Below are positions 14,978 through 29,421 of a stretch of 64,000 nt of DNA, piece by piece. Position 1 is the stretch's first letter. Each line of letters opens with the position of its first letter. The DNA comes from Dimorphilus gyrociliatus. Taxonomy: Eukaryota > Animalia > Annelida. The notes below the pieces were generated by a model, which saw only the letters and a program-made list of their open reading frames with translations, was not told where the DNA came from and searched no databases. The stretch is from the NCBI GenBank assembly GCA_904063045.1, contig CAJFCJ010000013.1, forward strand, positions 1,408,156-1,472,155, written 5' to 3'. The position numbers were made by a program, and so were the translations under genes.

Positions 14978-16477
14978 CTCTGTTATTGTCTGAGGAGATT
15001 ATCTAGAACAAATGAAATTTGATATTTAACTTGTCAACTGCACCATGAATTGCTACCATTTTATTTACTTTGCTTAAATCAACTCATCATTCGGTTACAC
15101 GTGTTTTGTTTGTCATTAATTAATTGGTAATATGAGGTCGTTCTGAAAAGTTAGATAGCTTTTAAACTTACTTGAGTAAACAAATTGACGACGACATTAA
15201 GTGAAAATCATAAGATATTTCTTTTAGATCTCACTAATATATATTCTTTAGACGTTTATGCCGAAGACACAATGTAATGAACCGTTTTAATAATCTTCTT
15301 ACTTGTGTCGGGTATGATTTAATGGCGGAAGCGAACACAGAACAATTGACAGGAAGTTACTCCGTCACTGAAACTAGTTCAAATTATTTCTCTGATTTTT
15401 CCAAATAAATCTGCTTTCTTTTTATTTAAATAAGAGCTAATCCAATTATTTAAATAATTTTATACGTTTTATGTTATAATTTAAATGCAATTCTTGATAT
15501 TTGGCTTTAGCGGAGTAATACTCAGAAAAAGGTGTGTTTATATTTATAATGCCACCTGTAGTTTTTTACTAGTAATATTATAGAAGATAAAATTTGGAAA
15601 TATCCTCTCTTGGTCAGGTATAGTCGACTAAATATTTTTAAATAACAAGGGAAAGTACTTCAATTGCATCATGTACGTTTATGTTGAAAAGAGTCGATCT
15701 ATTGACTTCGGATTATTTTCGTTGGTAGCCTAAATTTCGCGCTATTATTTCTTATTTAAAACACTAAGCTTGTTTTGTTATGGAACAAGCAGAGAATTTT
15801 TAAAGATTCTGTTAAAATTTTCTAGAGATTCTTTTGATTAGTAAAATGGATTATATGCGTTTGAAAAAAATGAGTGCACAATTGATTGCACTTGATAATT
15901 AAGAATATAACTTCAGCGCATCTTTGACTAATAGTTAATCTTTTAGACCAACTCCAATCTGTATGCAATTAAAAACACGCATATGTACATTTCCCTTCAA
16001 TTCGTCATTATCCGGATATGTTAGTGGAAATGATTAGAAAAGAATGAATAACAACAAACTCAAGGTCTATGCTAACTATCCTGTTTACACGCTATCATGG
16101 GCAAATTATTCTATACTAATAATTTTAACATGAGAAACAGTTAATGGGTAATTTATTGTATATTTTAATATATTTAACGATAAGGCATAGCAATATTGAA
16201 ATAATTTAAATTTCTTCATAAACAACCTTGTCCTCTGTTCAAAAGGTTTATTTCATTTGCAAATGCAAATATGTTTTGAAGAAAATTTATAAAGTAATAT
16301 TTAGCCTACACTGACTGAATATAGCGATTAGGCCTTACACACTATTTATAAATATAGGCTGTAATATATACATAGGGTGAGATTTTGGGGCAACGGAAGT
16401 TTACAGCATGATTGCTTGCTGATATCTCTCTCATTCGTTTAATGCTTACTTCCTTCAGGTAGATTTGATTGAAAAAC

Positions 16478-19306
16478 ATGGAAGGCTACGTTAATGAAAG
16501 TTTTAAAGGAGATGATAATCAAATAGAACAATCTTCAGTACCTTGTCAAACTAATAACGAAAGCGAGTCCAAAGAAGCCAAGTGTGGCTATCTATGTTGG
16601 GAACCTGATTTTTTGCAAAAATTTAACAATGCAACTTGCTCCTGTTTATGGTTATGCATAGCTTCTTTCTTCCAAGGTTTGTCTAATTAATTACTTGTTT
16701 GTAATCTACTTAATTTGCCATATAAGTATATAGAAGAAGTGTATATTTAAACGCACAGCATCTTAGCATCTTGTTTGTATTTTTATAGATATATTATATA
16801 CAATATTATTAATTAAAAATGATTAAATTAACTATTAATACTTATATAATTAAATGTATTGTTTTATCTTTCTTTCTTACTTATAGGAGCAATAGTTTCC
16901 GGACTAACAAATGGATCGATAACAACTTTGGAGAGGCGGTTCGGTTTAAGTAGTAAAGAGATGAGTGTTGTAGTTATAATGTATCAAGTTGGTTGTATTT
17001 TGGCCATAGTTATTTTAAGCCAAATCGGGTCGAGAATACATCAAATGAGGCTATTATGTTAGTAATAAATCAATTTTTTGAAACAGTAGGATATTCAATT
17101 ATGTTTATAGTACTCAGATTTAATTTTTCTCTTTCAACAGCAACATGCGTCCTGTTACTTGGAATTGGTTCTTTTATATTTAGCATTCCGCACTATATAA
17201 GTAGTACATACAATTTCTCATCGGAACAGAATTTCGAATGCTCAGCCAGTTAGTTTACTAATAAAAATACGATTTCTACATTTTTATATACTATATAGAT
17301 ATACATATATCCTTTACTTTCATATTAAACCATCTGTTTCCAATATAGACTACAACGATGGTTGTCAAGATTCTAAGGATGTTTCGAAGGGATCAGTGCT
17401 ATTCTTATTAGGCTTAGGACAATTTCTATTAGGCGTTGGAAGTGGTCCATTGTATTCTACAACCTTTGTATACTTTGATCAGAATATGAGTAGAAGAAAA
17501 AGTTCTCTTACAACTGGTTAGTTTCATTAGCTAAAGTAAAAATTATTTAGGTCAGTGGGTAAAATTAATTTTTTACCTCTTTAGGCTTATTCTATGGTAT
17601 TGGAATTATTGGTCCAGCCGTTGGCTATGTAACTCAAGGAGCCGTCTTAAAATTATATGGAGATTTTAACAGAGTTGACTTGGACAAGTTAGTTTATCTT
17701 TTATCTTATTTATAGATATTTTGCAATGATCTTTTTTAAAGTAATTAAGCTTGCTAATTATTAAATTTAATATAAAATTAGTTAGTTATTGAATTTTTGA
17801 TTGCATCATTATCTATTTAAAAATTTTTACAGAATTGACTTAAAATCGGATGATCCCCGATTTTACGGTGCATGGTGGTTAACGTTTATTTTCGGTTCAA
17901 TATTTTGTGTATTGAACTGCATACCTTTATATTGCTTTGCATCCTATTTGCCTAGTAAGTGTTAATTTGTAGTCAATACATTAAAATTAATAAAGTCTAT
18001 ATAGAAAATTTTCCGTTAAAAGTAAAAAAAAAAAAACAAACAAAACGTATCGATGTGTTTTTTAAACGTTTAAACTAATGATTTCCTTGTTATTTCTATT
18101 AATAGATAGATAGATATAATTAGTCTATAACGATTTAAGTGTTTATTTTTTTTTAGATACGGAAGAATATAAGGTAAAGAATACTCAGAAAAAATTAAGA
18201 GGTCTTAAATTGAAAGAGTTAATGAAAACAATTTGGTCAGAATTCAAGACTATTTTATCAATTAAGTCATATGTTTTCGTTATTCTTGCTGATATGTGTA
18301 ATGCATTTCTTGTAAATGGTTTGGCATCGTTTGCCGTTAAATTTGCTGAGATTGTAGCCTATTTGGAACCAAGCACTGCAGCAATCCTAACTGGTGGTAT
18401 AATTGTCGTTGGATGTGGAGTTGGAAGTATTGGTGGAACGATTATTTTAGAACGTTTAAATTGGGGTTGTAGAAAGATAATGATTTTCACAAGTATTGTT
18501 ATGTGTTTATCGGTCATTCCGTCCTTTGGTATGCTGTTTGGATGCGATACACACAATTATATAGGGATAACTGAGCGTTCATCTCAGAAGAATATTATAG
18601 ATAGCTGTAATAGTAATTGTAACTGCTCCCTAACATCATATGAGCCTATTTGCGATAGTCAAAAGAACTATTATATATCTCCATGTCATGCAGCTTGTGA
18701 GAAGAGCTTGAAGAATGATGAGTTTACCCAGTGTGGATGTGTTCCTGGAGGTGTTACCGAAGTCTTAAAACCGTTTTCAGAATGCCAACCAACTTGTAAA
18801 TACGTCTATGCATTAGGCGTTGTTCTATTCGTCTACGCCACGCTTGGATTCTGTTCGGCTACGCCTCATATCCAGATGATGTTGCGCACCGTACCATTTA
18901 ATTTGAGGCATTTAGCTACTTCTCTTGGCTGGTTCGTCGGCCGTCTTCTTGGTATCTATCTCAATATTTATCTTTTCAACTAGATTAAATTTTTAAATAC
19001 TATGTTTTTCTTTCAGGTATGATACCAGGGCCATTTGCATTTGCCGCTATTTTAGATAACTCTTGCTTATATTGGAGGAAAACATGTAACGGCGATCGGT
19101 CTTGTGCTGTTTTCGATCATAAAGAAGTTAGGACTAATTTCGCGATCGTTACAGTTGTTATTAATATTCTGTCAGCTGTCTCAATGTTAATTGCCCTATA
19201 TACATATAACCCTGAAGAAGGAAGCGACGAAATTGACAAAGCAACTACAATTTCTGATAGTCAGAAGGCTCGTAATGGAACAGAGCTAAATGACACAAGC
19301 TCTTAA
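16478..19306 (+). CDS. Organic anion transporting polypeptide (OATP/SLCO family), multi-exon
   Basis: CGYLCWEPDFLQKF, ITTLERRFGLSS, DDPRFYGAWWL, Kazal-like CNSNCNCSLTSYEPIC...YISPCHAAC, GMIPGPFAFAAILDNSCLYW. Confidence 0.95.
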
Positions 19307-19918
19307 AGAGAATTATTTTTATCTTCTAAATTATCAACTATTGCAATACTTGTCATTATCAGGTATTTAATCCGTCGAAAATGACATTTAATCAATTATC
19401 TTATTCTTTTTCTCTTCTTTTTTCTTATAATTTTTTTTTTATAAGATCTCTTTTTCTCTCTCTCTTTTTTTTTTTATCTAACTATCTACCTCGTTTTTTC
19501 CTTTTCTTTTTACAATCTGTCTCTTTCTGACTACTAATACTTGTTATGATTTCTGTTGATATTTTTCAAACATGTATGACGCGTTTCTGTGTTTAATTCT
19601 CACTTCAGTTTTTATACTTGAAAATTTTTGATAATCTTACGATATGAACTTTACTGCAACTGTTTGCTCGAATTGAATAAGAAACATATCATTTTTATAG
19701 AATTTCTCAATGTAATAACTTTTTTAAAGTACAAATAAAATCGTCGTATTAACATGTTTTTTATTGTATAGTACTAGAAACTACTGTCCGTTTTACATCT
19801 GATAAAACTAAACATATACTATTCGACAGATGGCGCTAAATGCATAGTATAATTAGGACGTTTACAAATGAACTTTGTTGAAAGATCAAATACCTGGAAT
19901 TTTTTATTTTATTTTGAA

Positions 19919-20763
19919 TTATTCCAAGGTTATATAATGTTGATGATTGTTTGTAAAACTATTTAACTTGGTGCTATTTTTCTTACGATTTTGAAAGTTA
20001 TATATATTAGAAAGACTTACTGTTTTTGGTAGAAAAAAAATTCCAGAACAAAACCTAGCTGATGTTCTATAATCTACATTCAAACTAGATAAACAATGAT
20101 TTTCAGGCCTCATAAAAAGCGAACACAAATAATTTGATGGCACAGCCTTTCGTTGAATTTCGATTGTTGAAACAAAACGTTTTCTAGTTGATTCTAAATA
20201 GACGGTTGTTCTTTCGGAGAAACGGGTAGCATCGAATTTTAATCGTATTTCAAGAGCTTCTTTATAGCGTAGTTTACGTTTTTCTTCGACATCGTAGCGG
20301 GATTCGAAAGTTGGTTGACGAGGTTCTAGTAGAACCGTCTCCGAAAAGGATGTCTGAACCATTGAATTTGAAGGATGCTTTCTTACGCCCGGGAAGACAA
20401 TTCGATTAGGTAGATGAGAAGCTTGTTTCTGCGTTGCTAAGGATGTTTTCAGAACCCGTACGAACAATAATAAATAAAAAAAATTTACTGTATCGATCTG
20501 CTGTTTCCCCCCCTTCTGTCTCTCTCCCTCTCTCCCTCCCTCTAGCTGACATTCATTCATTCACTCTCTTATACATAAGATAAAAAAAAACGCACACACA
20601 CACATACTCTCCAATACTTTTTATCAATCTTTCTTTCCTATGAATAATAACTTTGATATATAAATTTCTATATTAAATAAGAATATAAAGCATCTTTAAA
20701 AAATATGTTGCCACTTACGGAATGATTAGAGACCAAAGAATGCAACGTAGCTTTGTTCGACAT
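19919..20763 (-). CDS. Putative orphan protein (possible 15-codon first exon 20763-20719 joined to the long open frame below about 20430)
   Basis: The 213-codon open frame is more GC-rich than its flanks. An upstream ATG exon (MSNKATLHSLVSNHS) ends in a GTAAGT donor in compatible phase. No family recognised, and the acceptor choice is uncertain. Confidence 0.4.
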
Positions 20764-22550
20764 GGGCACATATCGGATTGTTGTTGAACAGGCCGCAACA
20801 TGGTGCGGCGTTGATGTAGTTTATTGACTGACCACGGGGCTTGAATAATGAATTAATCTCGATTCGATTTAGAAGTGGCCAATCGAGCGGTAGTATTTAA
20901 TCCTTTAATTAAAAGGAATATTACCATTAAGTATTATATAAATATTCAACCAATAAGTAAAGTGTTAAATGTATTAATTTTGTAAAGTAACCCGAAAAAT
21001 AGTCTTATAAAATATAATAATTAAAGTACAATGAAGTTGAAATAATTTACTATTAGTGTTCGTTTATATAGAGAATACTGAAAACATATTTTTTATAATA
21101 AATAGTCCTATACACTTAAATGAATAGAATAATATATTGTGTAGTGATATGATATGTGTGTATACTGTATTTATTATTGTTATTATATACTAATATATAT
21201 ATATATACAGTGTTTTGTAGACACTAGACAGTTAATAAAATACTATCGTATCTTTATACAATTTATAATAAGATAAAGGAAAAGCCTAAAAAGGGCTTTG
21301 CTTTCGTCCTTGTGCCGCTTAATAGCTACTTCTATGACTTGTAATATTTTCTGTTGTAATCACAGACACATAAGAATATAATTATTATATATTCAATAGA
21401 AGCTCATACGATATAATTGGCTTTAAAGTGGACAAGATAAAATCAACAGACCAATTTAGTAAATGCAAGATATAAACTATATACTTAAATTTTGCAAGGA
21501 TAGAATAAAAAGCCGCCAAAGAAAAAGAAAGGAGGAGAAGGAAAGGGAGAGAGAAAGAGAGATGAGATATTATATACTGTATATCTATAAATATTTTCTA
21601 TTGAAATAAATATAAAGGGAAAGAATGAATTAAAGTAATAACAAAGTACATTTTTTGATTAAAATATGTACTGTGCAAGATATCTAATGAATATTAATAA
21701 TATATTTCCAAGCTTTTAAAATATTATTGATTTTAATTAATTTTAGAGGTAAGACAAAAAAAAATAAAAAACTAATGGTATAAAGGCTACTTTTAGTGAA
21801 TGTATTATTCTTTCATAAGTAGATAGGGGTAGGTTCGTTTCTAACGGACAAAAGCAGATGAAAAATATTACTATATTGGGCTTAAGAATATTTATTTACT
21901 TTTATCTTCAAAGAATAATAGATGGTTCATTGTTTCATTCCTTTTTTTTTTATCATAGAATGTACTGTATAATATATTGAAGTTTTTAGCTGTAGAACGG
22001 TCTAATTTCAACAAACAAAAACCTTTATTTACTGCCTTATTAGTGGCTTTAATTTCGGACAACTACCTTAACATGGTGGATTTTCTTTAGGTTTTACTTA
22101 TTGTCTCTTTTTTCCCTGTATTCACTCCTCCCCTTTCACTCCCTGATTGTCAACCAATCACTCATTATTACGTCATATTTTCTCTTTTTTCTCAATATTT
22201 TAGTGCAATATTTACAAAAAAAGAAAGATTTCCGAGAAAAGTCTCTATTTTCCCCATCGTCGCTAATTTAATTAATTTTCTTTTTTAAAAGATATTAATT
22301 AATAAAAATTTACCTGATGGTTTTAAATTTTCCTTATAGTGTGAAACGGAAGTTTCAACTTAAAAAGTGGCTCTTTTTTTTGGGGACTTTTTTTAATTAT
22401 TTTTTTTTGGAAAAAAAAAGTTTATTTTTGGACAAGAACCACTTTAAGTTAATTGTTCTGTTCTATAGTTCTTAGGAATCGGCCTGTTTGAAGAATCTAA
22501 GTGCATTTAGCAGTCTGCATGTCTTGAAGAGAGCTTCTGTACAATTAAAT

Positions 22551-24745
22551 ATGAACCTGTGTAACAATAATAGAAATACAGAGATTAGGTAAGACTCTAG
22601 GGTTTATTGATAATTAAAAACCTTCCATCGAAAGTTATAAATATTTATTTTTATCCCTTCTTTATTGTGCAATTAGCTTTTATTTTTATCCTAGTAAGCT
22701 GGACGAAAAATCAACTAAATTATATTTGTATTTTAAGAACAACTAAGGAGGATAAACCAAGCAGAATCATAGATAGATGCCAAGATTGTGACAAAGAAGA
22801 AAACTGTTCTGAAATAGAACATTGGATGCAAATGGTTCTAAAAGGTTTCAGACGCTTGCGACTAAGAGGAATTGTAAGTAATAGAAGGAAGAGAAAGCAG
22901 TAATTTAAAATCTCAGATAAATAACATAATAACTTTAATTTTAGTAGAAAAACAAACAAAGAAATTACTATAAATTATCTTTTCATTCACTAAAGCGCCG
23001 TCTATCGACTTTACAGTAAACTGAAAAGTGATTGGAAAATTAATAAATTTACTACTAGTAACAATATAAACCAATGAAAACTAGAGCTATCCCCTTTTTT
23101 TCAGGTTCGAGTGGCTTTCGATCAATTGATCAAAGAAATAAGTCCAAGAAGCACACTACAAGTAGACGAAAGGGAACTTGAACTTTTAGAATCAGGCATA
23201 TCTGAAGCAATTAAGAAGAATCATGTTGTTAAAATCAAACAGGTACGATAAATAATCGATTATAACAATCGTTTCTTTGTTATTGAAATTTTTAATTGCA
23301 AATTAAAGAAATAATATCTCAAAGACAGTTGCTCGAACACAATGAAAAATTCCGTTCTTAGTATTTCTTCCAATACAAAAGTTATTTCGTAAACAAACAG
23401 ACTATTATCGATTAAAAACTGCTCCTTATAAGGAACAACACAAGATAAAACTAGTCCTTTTTTTAAATACAAATATCATTTTATTATTATATTAAGAAAG
23501 CAATAACGAAACAGAACCAGTATGCCTTTAAGGCTAAAAAAATTAGTGTTCTTTTTAAGCAAAGTCAGGAGATAGATATTACTTTTATAAATATTTATTA
23601 AAAATATCCTCTATTTATTATGGACTAAATTTGTTAAAGATATTATATTAGCCTATTTGTCCTGTCAAACAAACATTTTTAAAAGCATATTTAAAGTAAT
23701 TTGACAAATTGTGTAGGGGGAAGGCAAACTATATAAACTCTCTAACGCTCACGAATTGGAATGCGATATGATAATGATTGAAGGATCTGACACTGGATCT
23801 GAAGAAGAGCGCAGGCCTAATAAAGAAAACAAGGTCGAACTTAAATTTGAAATAATTAAAATGAAAGACATTTTTCAAGATTCGAATTGGAATTTTTGCC
23901 CCAATGTATCGTTGACGTCAAACATTCCACCGACAATAAGACAGCGTAAGTCATAATATGTTCTTATAATAGCGTAATTAATTAAATTATTATTCTTTTC
24001 AACTTCTACCAAGTCTTGTCAATCTTATATAGGGATATGGAATAATCCATTATCATTCTGCACTTTTATGTAATTATGGCAATTTCTAAAAACAAAGGAA
24101 TTGTTATTATTACTATTTGTTACTTTTATTTGTTTATTTCACAGAAGGTAATTGTTTCTTTCACTTATTTGTATATATTTTTTTCGCAAATAGATCCACT
24201 TTTAACGGAGCTCTTTTCAAAGTTAATACACTCTTCTCCAAGGAATATTCAGGATGCTCTTCCAATGGCTATTCTTTTCGAAAGTGAATCGAAAAAATCC
24301 CCTTTATCTTCTATACTACGCTATCTTTACAAATTTTATAAATTTCAATCAAAGCATAGAGAGAGGTGAGAAGCTTGTTTTTAAAAATTCTCTTCTAATT
24401 AATTACTTTGTGATACATGTGTCTTTAAATAGAGTAGAGAATATTCTGTCCAGACTTGTCGATGAAAGTATATTAGAATTTACTAATGATGAAATGTACA
24501 GAATAGTCGATCTGGATAATGATTCTCAAACAAGTATAATTGAGCATATAAGTTTGTTATTATAATTTTTAAATATTATAGAAATTAAGTTAATAAAGTA
24601 TGTATTCAATGCCATTATGGCCACGCAAAATGCAATGGCAAATATTCGAGATGTCAAAAAATTTATCACTGGAAAATGGCCATATATTGAACAAGATTTT
24701 GACGATGGTATTGATTTAGCGAGACTTATTGGACTAATAAAGTAA
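22551..24745 (+). CDS. Protein with three linker-histone-like (H15) winged-helix repeats, HP1BP3-like, about 7 exons
   Basis: Exons join in phase by GT-AG. Repeats: HWMQMVLKGFRRLR...EAIKKNHVVKIKQGEGKLYKL; IQDALPMAILFE...LSSILRYLYKFY...VENILSRLVDESIL; LIKYVFNAIMATQ...IRDVKKFITGKWP...GIDLARLIGLI. The family call rests on remembered similarity only. Confidence 0.6.
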
Positions 24746-25774
24746 ATTTTCCTGTTTATTATTTGGAAACCTTTAAATTGTTAATTAAACTATTAAAATA
24801 TTTTTACCTTCTCAAAAAGGATTACTACTACAAACAAAATAAGTTTAGCTGTTAGATTCGAACCTTCCCCAAAGATATTACACGGCCTTGACGTTTCACC
24901 AGAAAGTAATCTAATTAATATACTACAAATACATACAAGCATATAAAATAATAATAATAATAATGATAATAATGACATATGTATCAGTATAATATTTTAT
25001 GTAAAAGGTGTTTCACAAAAATATAATTTAACTGTGTATCAAATCTATAAATATATCTAATTTTTGTGTACTTTGACAGTAAACGCTTTTGGAACAAGAA
25101 TAGAATAATTGAAGACTTATTCACTTCTTCCATATCTAAAATATATGTTGGAAAGCGATTCATATTTCTGTTTATGTGCATGTATAAGCGTATATGTTTA
25201 ATAATAATTAAGCTGAAAGGAATGGTGTCAAAATTCAAAACTGATATGGGGATAATTATGCAAATTTTCTGTTTCAATGCTCTCATTCTACGATGGACAC
25301 GCTTGTATTATTTTAGTAATGTAAACAATCCTAAAAGAATGAATTTCTTTTGTCATGAGTAACTAAGATGATAAGAGTATTTTATTCTAATAAAATAGTT
25401 TCCTTCTATTCGCGCAAAAACCGAACCTTTTGAAATCGAATCTCTAAATTGTTTCCTTTCAGTAAATCTTCAGATGGTGTAATTGAAACTCTTAGAACAA
25501 TGTTCCATTAATTTTTTTCCTCTTATTTTATTAAAAAATTTTTTATTAATCGTTTTGTTAAGCTATTTCAAACTTTTTATACCGTTGTGTAAATGGCAAA
25601 AAATTTATAAATATTTGTTCAGAATAAATTATATACATGTATATATATTTTATATACTGTATATACAGTATATATAAATTCATATACATATACTGGATTT
25701 ACTGCATGTACTTTATATATTAGTTGCAAGGATGGTTTGAATGTATGCTAATGCATTATTTGAGTAGCATTTTT

Positions 25775-27360
25775 CTATGGTCGATTAGGACGTTGAGTAG
25801 ATTTCCTCCTTGCTCTTAATAATTGTCCAGGAGTAGCAGGACCACGACGTTCGGGCGAACTACTCGTTGCTGGATTTCTATTATTAGCTGCATTACTATT
25901 TTCCATATTTACTCTGCTAGCACGATTAAATCTTCCTCGGGGAGGGTAAGGTCTTCTAACAGCCGGAGTTTCAGATTCGTTGTTCTGTTGAGTTGCTCCA
26001 CGGGATGAATTTGCTCCCTGTGTGGAGGAGATCACATCTCTCACTTCATAAGTTGGAGGTCGTCTTTCTGTTGATCCTGATACTATCGAAGAATTAAGTA
26101 TTCTAGGTAGAGATGGATTGTTCGACGAGCTCGATGTATTGTTTACTGATGATACGGAACGTACTATTGTTTCATCATCTTCCTCATCGGTGGTACTGCC
26201 GCTGCTAGAAAGGTCTGGAATTGAAATTAAGTGTCTTGTGATTGATGGTGGAAAAGAAGATTGAACGGGAGGACTTGGATTTGTTAGCTGTAGCACATCT
26301 CTACTCTCACTAAGATTTGCCAAAGCAGTTAGCATGTTGTTCACTTCGGTTAATTGTTCATTCAGCGCCAAAACTTCATCGATTTGACGAATTCTCTGAG
26401 TAGAGTTTGAATTTGCTTGCATTGTAGCTCGTTCCCTCAGTCGATTTTCCATATGTAGAAGTATCATCATTTGTTGGAGCACGAATCTACCTCTATGTAT
26501 TTGCTCTCGAAAAGATAATAGTCTTTGCTGGCCCGATCCGTGGGGTGATAAAACGAGCATTCTTCCCCTTGTTGGTGCTGGTGGTCTTAATTTTTCCAAA
26601 TCTTTAATATGTTCATTTGAGAATTTTTCTTTTCCATGCGTATGCATCAAAAATATCTTGAGAGGAGCCCTGAAACCACAGTCCTTTTCTGGACAACTGA
26701 CCCTCTTCTCTAATACTGATTGATTTTCCGCACATGCCTCCGTATAAGTCTTTTGGTCAATTCTACAAACAGGACACTTTTCTGAGTTTTCTCCAAAGGT
26801 TAATGTCCAAGCAAAAATGCAGGTATGGCAAAAGAGATGCTTATTAGTGCATTCCCTAATGTCCTTGGCGACTAAGTAACTATAGCCAAAACAAATTTTT
26901 AATTATAGTTTTAATTATTTGATACATAGTTAATTAACGAAATAAGAATCAGGAAAATATCAAATTATTAGAATACTCGAATAAAAAAACAACTTAAAAA
27001 CTACAAAGTTTTTATAAACCTAATAAAAATCATTAAATTTTACATTGAGATGCATATTAACTAACCAGATGTTGCAGGTCCATTTATCGATCTCTTCCTG
27101 TTTTAAGTCAATAAATATATCTTCGGGATAGCCACCAACTTTAACACCGTTGGGTTTCAGCACAGTTTCAACGGCATTCTAAAAAAAATAAGCCACGATT
27201 ATTCAATTGAATAAAAACAATATTTATTCAAAAATTTATATTATCTAAAGCTTGCAATATTACTGCATATTTTAATTAGATTAATAAGGTAAATCAAGGA
27301 AAATAGCAAAAAAACAAATACCTGAAAAGTTTGTTCTCGAATGCTATATCCAGTCGCCAT
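25775..27360 (-). CDS. RING-HC (C3HC4) E3 ligase, RNF151/RNF41/TRAF-type N-terminus with a long disordered C-terminus, 3 exons
   Basis: GGYPEDIF...WTCNICYLVAKDIRECTNKHLFCHTCIFAW...KCPVCR, then CPEKDC...H. The Ser/Pro/Arg-rich tail is ORF 25775-26650. Confidence 0.88.
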
Positions 27361-28545
27361 TTTCCCTGTTCTCAATTCCTAGTTGTATTACTTCTATTAT
27401 TGAATAGCCGTAGGTAATCAATATCGGTTGATATGCAACTTGAAAAACAGACCGTACATTTTGCCTAGATTACTTATCGCTCATTTATTATCGTTCTCTA
27501 ACATTTGTTTTATACTATTATAGAAAGTACTATCTTAAAATAAGAAATTCATACATTAATTAAGAAATTTTTAAATGGAAAAATATAACATAAACTGTTA
27601 ACTGTTTATAATTATTATAGTCATTTTTATCATAATAATAATATTATCAAAAAGGCGAATCATATTATGATAACGAGACCAGTGATTTAAATAAAAAAAA
27701 ACGGGTAAGCTTCTTTAAACGGCCTAACTTTATTATTCAATAAATAAATTATAATATGGAGAATATTTGAAATATCTGCTTGTTTTTTTTTTCACTAATT
27801 TACTAAATAAAATAATATATACAGTTAATTCTTTATTCTAAAATAGAGATAACGATAGAATGATAACCAAGAAAGTTTTATTCTTGGGAAATTGTGTAAA
27901 GTTACCTTAGAAAAATTCTTTTTACGAAGTAAATAGCTTGGAACGAAATTTATGGAACAAACCCAAACTTCAGACTCTTACTGCGTATTCTTTTTTTTTC
28001 TTTCTTACTACTCAATTTTGAAAGTTACATTGAGTTTTAGCTTTGCATATTTACTCAATTATTCCAGTATAAGAAAAAATAACAATGTAAGCCTATAAGT
28101 ACCAAACTGAGAGAAAAAACCATCTAGAAAAAGAATGTGCGAATCCAAAAAGTCACGTGATAAGGGAATAAAGCTGCATGGAAGTTTATACTATTGAGAT
28201 TATCAAAGTTTTCTTGCTTTTTTTTTTAATAAAAAAAAGGAGTATATTAAATTCCAAACATTGGTTAGCGTTAGCAGATAACAAGAAATCTTCTACGTAA
28301 TTGAAAGAAAACGATTTAATTCGATTTAGAAAACCTACAAATGAGTCTGCAATTACTGCAAAGTATTCAATTACGGAACAGCTCACAATTTTTAAATACG
28401 TTGAACTTTTGCAGAGAATATTGCAGCTGCTCTCTTATTTCCAACGTTTTGCGTATTATCAATTCTGCGAAGCATTAGCCTTATTTTTCTGCATTCAGCT
28501 CCATCTGGCGCTGCTTTTGCTGTACATTCGACATTCTGCTGGAAT

Positions 28546-29421
28546 ATGAGTAATTTCAACAAAGAAGATTTTTCCGATTCCAAACTAGGTGGTTATAATT
28601 TTATTTTAAGTAAATTCAATGGAGTGAAATTGAACGACAACCCTCCTGAGCCTCAACCAGTTGTTAAATTGAAGAAAAAAGAAGTTCCTCAGATACCAAA
28701 GAAAAGTTTGCTCCAGAGGATAAGATTAAATAGAAGTGTAGATTGTTCTGGTATAATACGTACAACTGAAGTAGGTACTGAAAGAGCACCGCGTCAAGTA
28801 TTCCAACATCAAGAAGAGAAAAGAACGCTGCTAAAATATGGAACTAGAAAGGCTCATAGTGTAGAAGTTCATAGTCGTAAGGAAAGTGATGATGATACTG
28901 GCTCCAGTGCTAGTGAATCTTCTTATAGTCCCTTCAAGAAGTTGGCGACTTATCACGAAATAGCCGAAGTGTGTGATTATAGAAAAGGGGTAATTGTTCA
29001 ACGAAGAACTGAGAGATTAGACAGCGATGGACGACTTCGCCAGATTCTTGGTCAATCAAAACCGGGAGAAACTACCTTATTAATTATTCCTGTAAAGTGT
29101 GAGACCGACCTATTCGATGCCTCAGATATAATTGTCAAAAAAGAAGAATCTCATAGATCACTCTCAATAGATTTGCACCTTTCGCCTGACTTCCTTCAAG
29201 AGAAGGTAATGGTTAGATGTGTTTCGGGTGGAAAGAGAATAACTGTAACTGCCTTCAAACAAGAACCTTTAGGTGATGGTTCCAAATATGTTAGACGTTA
29301 CAGTCAATACTACGAACTACCTCATGCAATCAATTATGATTTGAAAGTCAATTTAAAAGATAACGGCGATTTGAATGTTCAAGGGCAACTTAAGGGACTA
29401 GATAGAGCACATACCAGTTAA
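28546..29421 (+). CDS. Divergent small heat-shock protein (alpha-crystallin domain at the C-terminus), intronless
   Basis: The C-terminal ~85 aa (LSIDLHLSPDFLQEKVMVRC...RITVTAFKQE...YVRRYSQYYELPHAINYDLKVNLKDNGDLNVQGQL) follows the HSP20 strand pattern. Confidence 0.7.
   Translation: MSNFNKEDFSDSKLGGYNFILSKFNGVKLNDNPPEPQPVVKLKKKEVPQIPKKSLLQRIRLNRSVDCSGIIRTTEVGTERAPRQVFQHQEEKRTLLKYGTRKAHSVEVHSRKESDDDTGSSASESSYSPFKKLATYHEIAEVCDYRKGVIVQRRTERLDSDGRLRQILGQSKPGETTLLIIPVKCETDLFDASDIIVKKEESHRSLSIDLHLSPDFLQEKVMVRCVSGGKRITVTAFKQEPLGDGSKYVRRYSQYYELPHAINYDLKVNLKDNGDLNVQGQLKGLDRAHTS

Noticed and set aside
15321-16060. Possible small gene upstream of ARF6 (ATGGCGGAAGCG... and short GC-richer blocks)
   Set aside because: No splice combination I tried gave a stop-free, protein-like product. 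It may be UTR or promoter sequence.
24770-25680. Overlapping short ORFs on both strands between the H15 and RING genes
   Set aside because: AT-rich, low-complexity translations with no coherent exon chain.
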